A stretch of 45,316 nt of DNA from Mariprofundaceae bacterium (GTDB lineage Bacteria > Pseudomonadota > Zetaproteobacteria > Mariprofundales > Mariprofundaceae): contig JBHHTX010000001.1 in the NCBI GenBank assembly GCA_046753585.1, forward strand, positions 1 through 45,316, written 5' to 3'. The position numbers and the translations under genes were made by a program. Below the pieces are notes generated by a model. That model saw only the letters and a program-made list of their open reading frames with translations, was not told the origin of the DNA and searched no databases. This document shows positions 43,998 to 45,316 of this stretch, in pieces (position 1 is the stretch's first letter; the number at the start of each line of letters is the position of its first letter).

Positions 43998-44783
43998 TTA
44001 TAAAAGGAGTTCGTCTACCTGGGAAAGCATTCGAACATGTGGAAGATTAAGGGCTTCCACCTCGGCCGTCAGGATATTCAGGGTCTCCGGTTTCATGTGG
44101 TAAAGGTATACGGGGATATCTCCCAGACCTTCAAATTTATTCAATTCCTGTGCCATGAGCTTCGGTGTCATGTGGCCACTAATATTTGCCAGACGTTCAT
44201 ACTCATTGGGAAAGGAGCAGTCGACGATCAATCCTCGAAGGTTGGGCTGCTGGTTGGCGATTTCCCAAATTCGACTGGTCTGGCCGGTATCTGCAGTGTA
44301 AATAAACTGAAGGTCATTCTGCTCAAGCAAAAAACCGGTGCAGGGGACAGGATGATTAACGGGTATGGGGGTTATGCTCACACCATCAACCTCAACAGCA
44401 ACTTCTGCTTGAATGGTCTCAAATTTTAGAATGGGGTCGGATCTTGAGGGAATTTTAGTAAAATCAGGCCAGATTTTTTCATTGAAAAAATGTTTTTCCA
44501 TTACTTTCAGGTTTTCAGCCAGGCTGTGCACATGTAGCCGACGATTTTTGTTGGCTCCCCCCATGCGTTTCAAGGCTCGGTTATCAGCAAGAAAAGCAAT
44601 GCCCTTGATATGATCCAGGTGAGTATGTGATACAAAGATATGGCGAATGCCATGCTGCTCTTTCAGAGTCAGGGCAGCCGTTGGTGAGCCTGCATCGATA
44701 AGAATGCTATCGTTAACAAGAAAAGAGGTGAGGTCGAAACCCTGTAGCTGGCCTCCATAGCAACCCAGTACCCTAAACTTCAT
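43998..44783 (-). CDS. Metallo-beta-lactamase-fold hydrolase resembling class II 3',5'-cyclic-nucleotide phosphodiesterases
   Basis: MKFRVLGCYGG...SFLVNDSILIDAGS...IFVSHTHLDHIKG has the HxHxDH metal motif. The N-terminal LG..GG and overall length (261 aa) are as in the PDEase_II family. Confidence 0.65.
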   Translation of the reverse strand: MKFRVLGCYGGQLQGFDLTSFLVNDSILIDAGSPTAALTLKEQHGIRHIFVSHTHLDHIKGIAFLADNRALKRMGGANKNRRLHVHSLAENLKVMEKHFFNEKIWPDFTKIPSRSDPILKFETIQAEVAVEVDGVSITPIPVNHPVPCTGFLLEQNDLQFIYTADTGQTSRIWEIANQQPNLRGLIVDCSFPNEYERLANISGHMTPKLMAQELNKFEGLGDIPVYLYHMKPETLNILTAEVEALNLPHVRMLSQVDELLL

Positions 44784-45316
44784 GAGCGCTTCAGACCCAG
44801 TCGAATACTACTGGCAGCATGTTCCATAGCGGCAATCATGGCACAAGTATCGCCAAGATGCTTCTCAATTTGACCGACAAAATAACTTCCGACTACAATT
44901 CCGTCAGCAAACTGGCCAATTCGCCTGGCCTGATCGGGGCCATGAATACCAAACCCGACACCAACAGGCAGGCTGCTTAGCGGACGAATGGCTTCGACTT
45001 TTTCCTTAATTTCATCGATATCTATAAGTTTTGCCCCCGTAACACCAGTCAGGGAAACATAATAGAGAAAACCGCTGGCAGATTCCGTCACCAGCCGACA
45101 TCGTTTGGACGAGGAAGTTGGTGCCAGCAGCCGAATACTATGCAGGTCCGAAGCATACATGGCGGCATCGAATTCAGCCGACTCTTCCGGGGGAAGGTCT
45201 ACGATGAGAACGCCATCGCCGCCGCTTTGTTTCACTTTCAGGGCAAAATTTTCATAACCCAGGACATAGGCAACATTGGCATAACCCATAAAGACAATGC
45301 CCAGTTCAGGATGTGC
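44780..45316 (-). CDS. trpA: Tryptophan synthase alpha chain (3' part; the N-terminus lies beyond the window end)
   Basis: The frame stays open to base 45316 (..AHPELGIVFMGYANVAY). Motifs: GVDGVLIVDLPPEE, YYVSLTGVTGA and VGFGI. Confidence 0.9.
   Translation of the reverse strand, partial: AHPELGIVFMGYANVAYVLGYENFALKVKQSGGDGVLIVDLPPEESAEFDAAMYASDLHSIRLLAPTSSSKRCRLVTESASGFLYYVSLTGVTGAKLIDIDEIKEKVEAIRPLSSLPVGVGFGIHGPDQARRIGQFADGIVVGSYFVGQIEKHLGDTCAMIAAMEHAASSIRLGLKRS

Noticed and set aside
1-45316. Window-wide scan for CRISPR arrays, tandem or direct repeats, rRNA, prophage or integrase genes. The many 60-150-aa ORFs nested antisense or out of frame in long genes were also considered.
   Set aside because: No regularly spaced repeats and no rRNA, tRNA or integrase signatures were seen. 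The nested ORFs overlap confidently identified genes and show no motifs, so they are treated as noise.

Overview
Densely coding 45.3-kb chromosomal segment from a Gram-negative, proteobacterial-type genome. By eye it is about 50% GC. The dusB(nifR3)-ntrB-ntrC arrangement and an SspB ending in LRVIK fit an alpha-, zeta- or Magnetococcus-like lineage, but I cannot place it more precisely. All family calls come from my own motif recognition on the supplied translations; no searches were run.

The left edge (1-1300) looks like the decayed end of a defence/mobile island. It holds a type III restriction Res gene split across two frames and an N-terminal stump of an IS200/RayT-type Y1 transposase.

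From 1.5 to 34.6 kb the content is housekeeping:
- engB, dusB-ntrB-ntrC, tsaB, galU
- system II cytochrome c biogenesis (resB-ccsA), a tsaC-like gene, purE-purD-purH
- an RhlB-like helicase, plsC, gmhB
- a small diheme cytochrome c translationally coupled to nadK-recN
- a short NAGS-like GNAT, RNase P RNA, sspB, pgsA, hda
- cysE-iscR-iscS-iscA, pnp, rpsO, xthA, lgt, uppP, sppA

The right end carries folC-accD, a class II phosphodiesterase-like gene and trpA.

I found no tRNA, rRNA, CRISPR array or intact mobile element.

The stand-out region is a tightly packed minus-strand operon at 34778-41917, between sppA and folC. In order it encodes: a possible 44-codon sORF, a TetR regulator fused to a PqqD-like (RRE-type) domain, an ATP-grasp ligase, a type III PLP (Orn/DAP/Arg-type) decarboxylase, a complete urea-transporter-family channel fused to an M23 metallopeptidase plus a roughly 240-aa unknown domain, an outer-membrane beta-barrel, and a periplasmic TPR protein. 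I know of no characterised pathway with this gene set, so I flag it as the best candidate for an undescribed biosynthesis/processing-and-export system.
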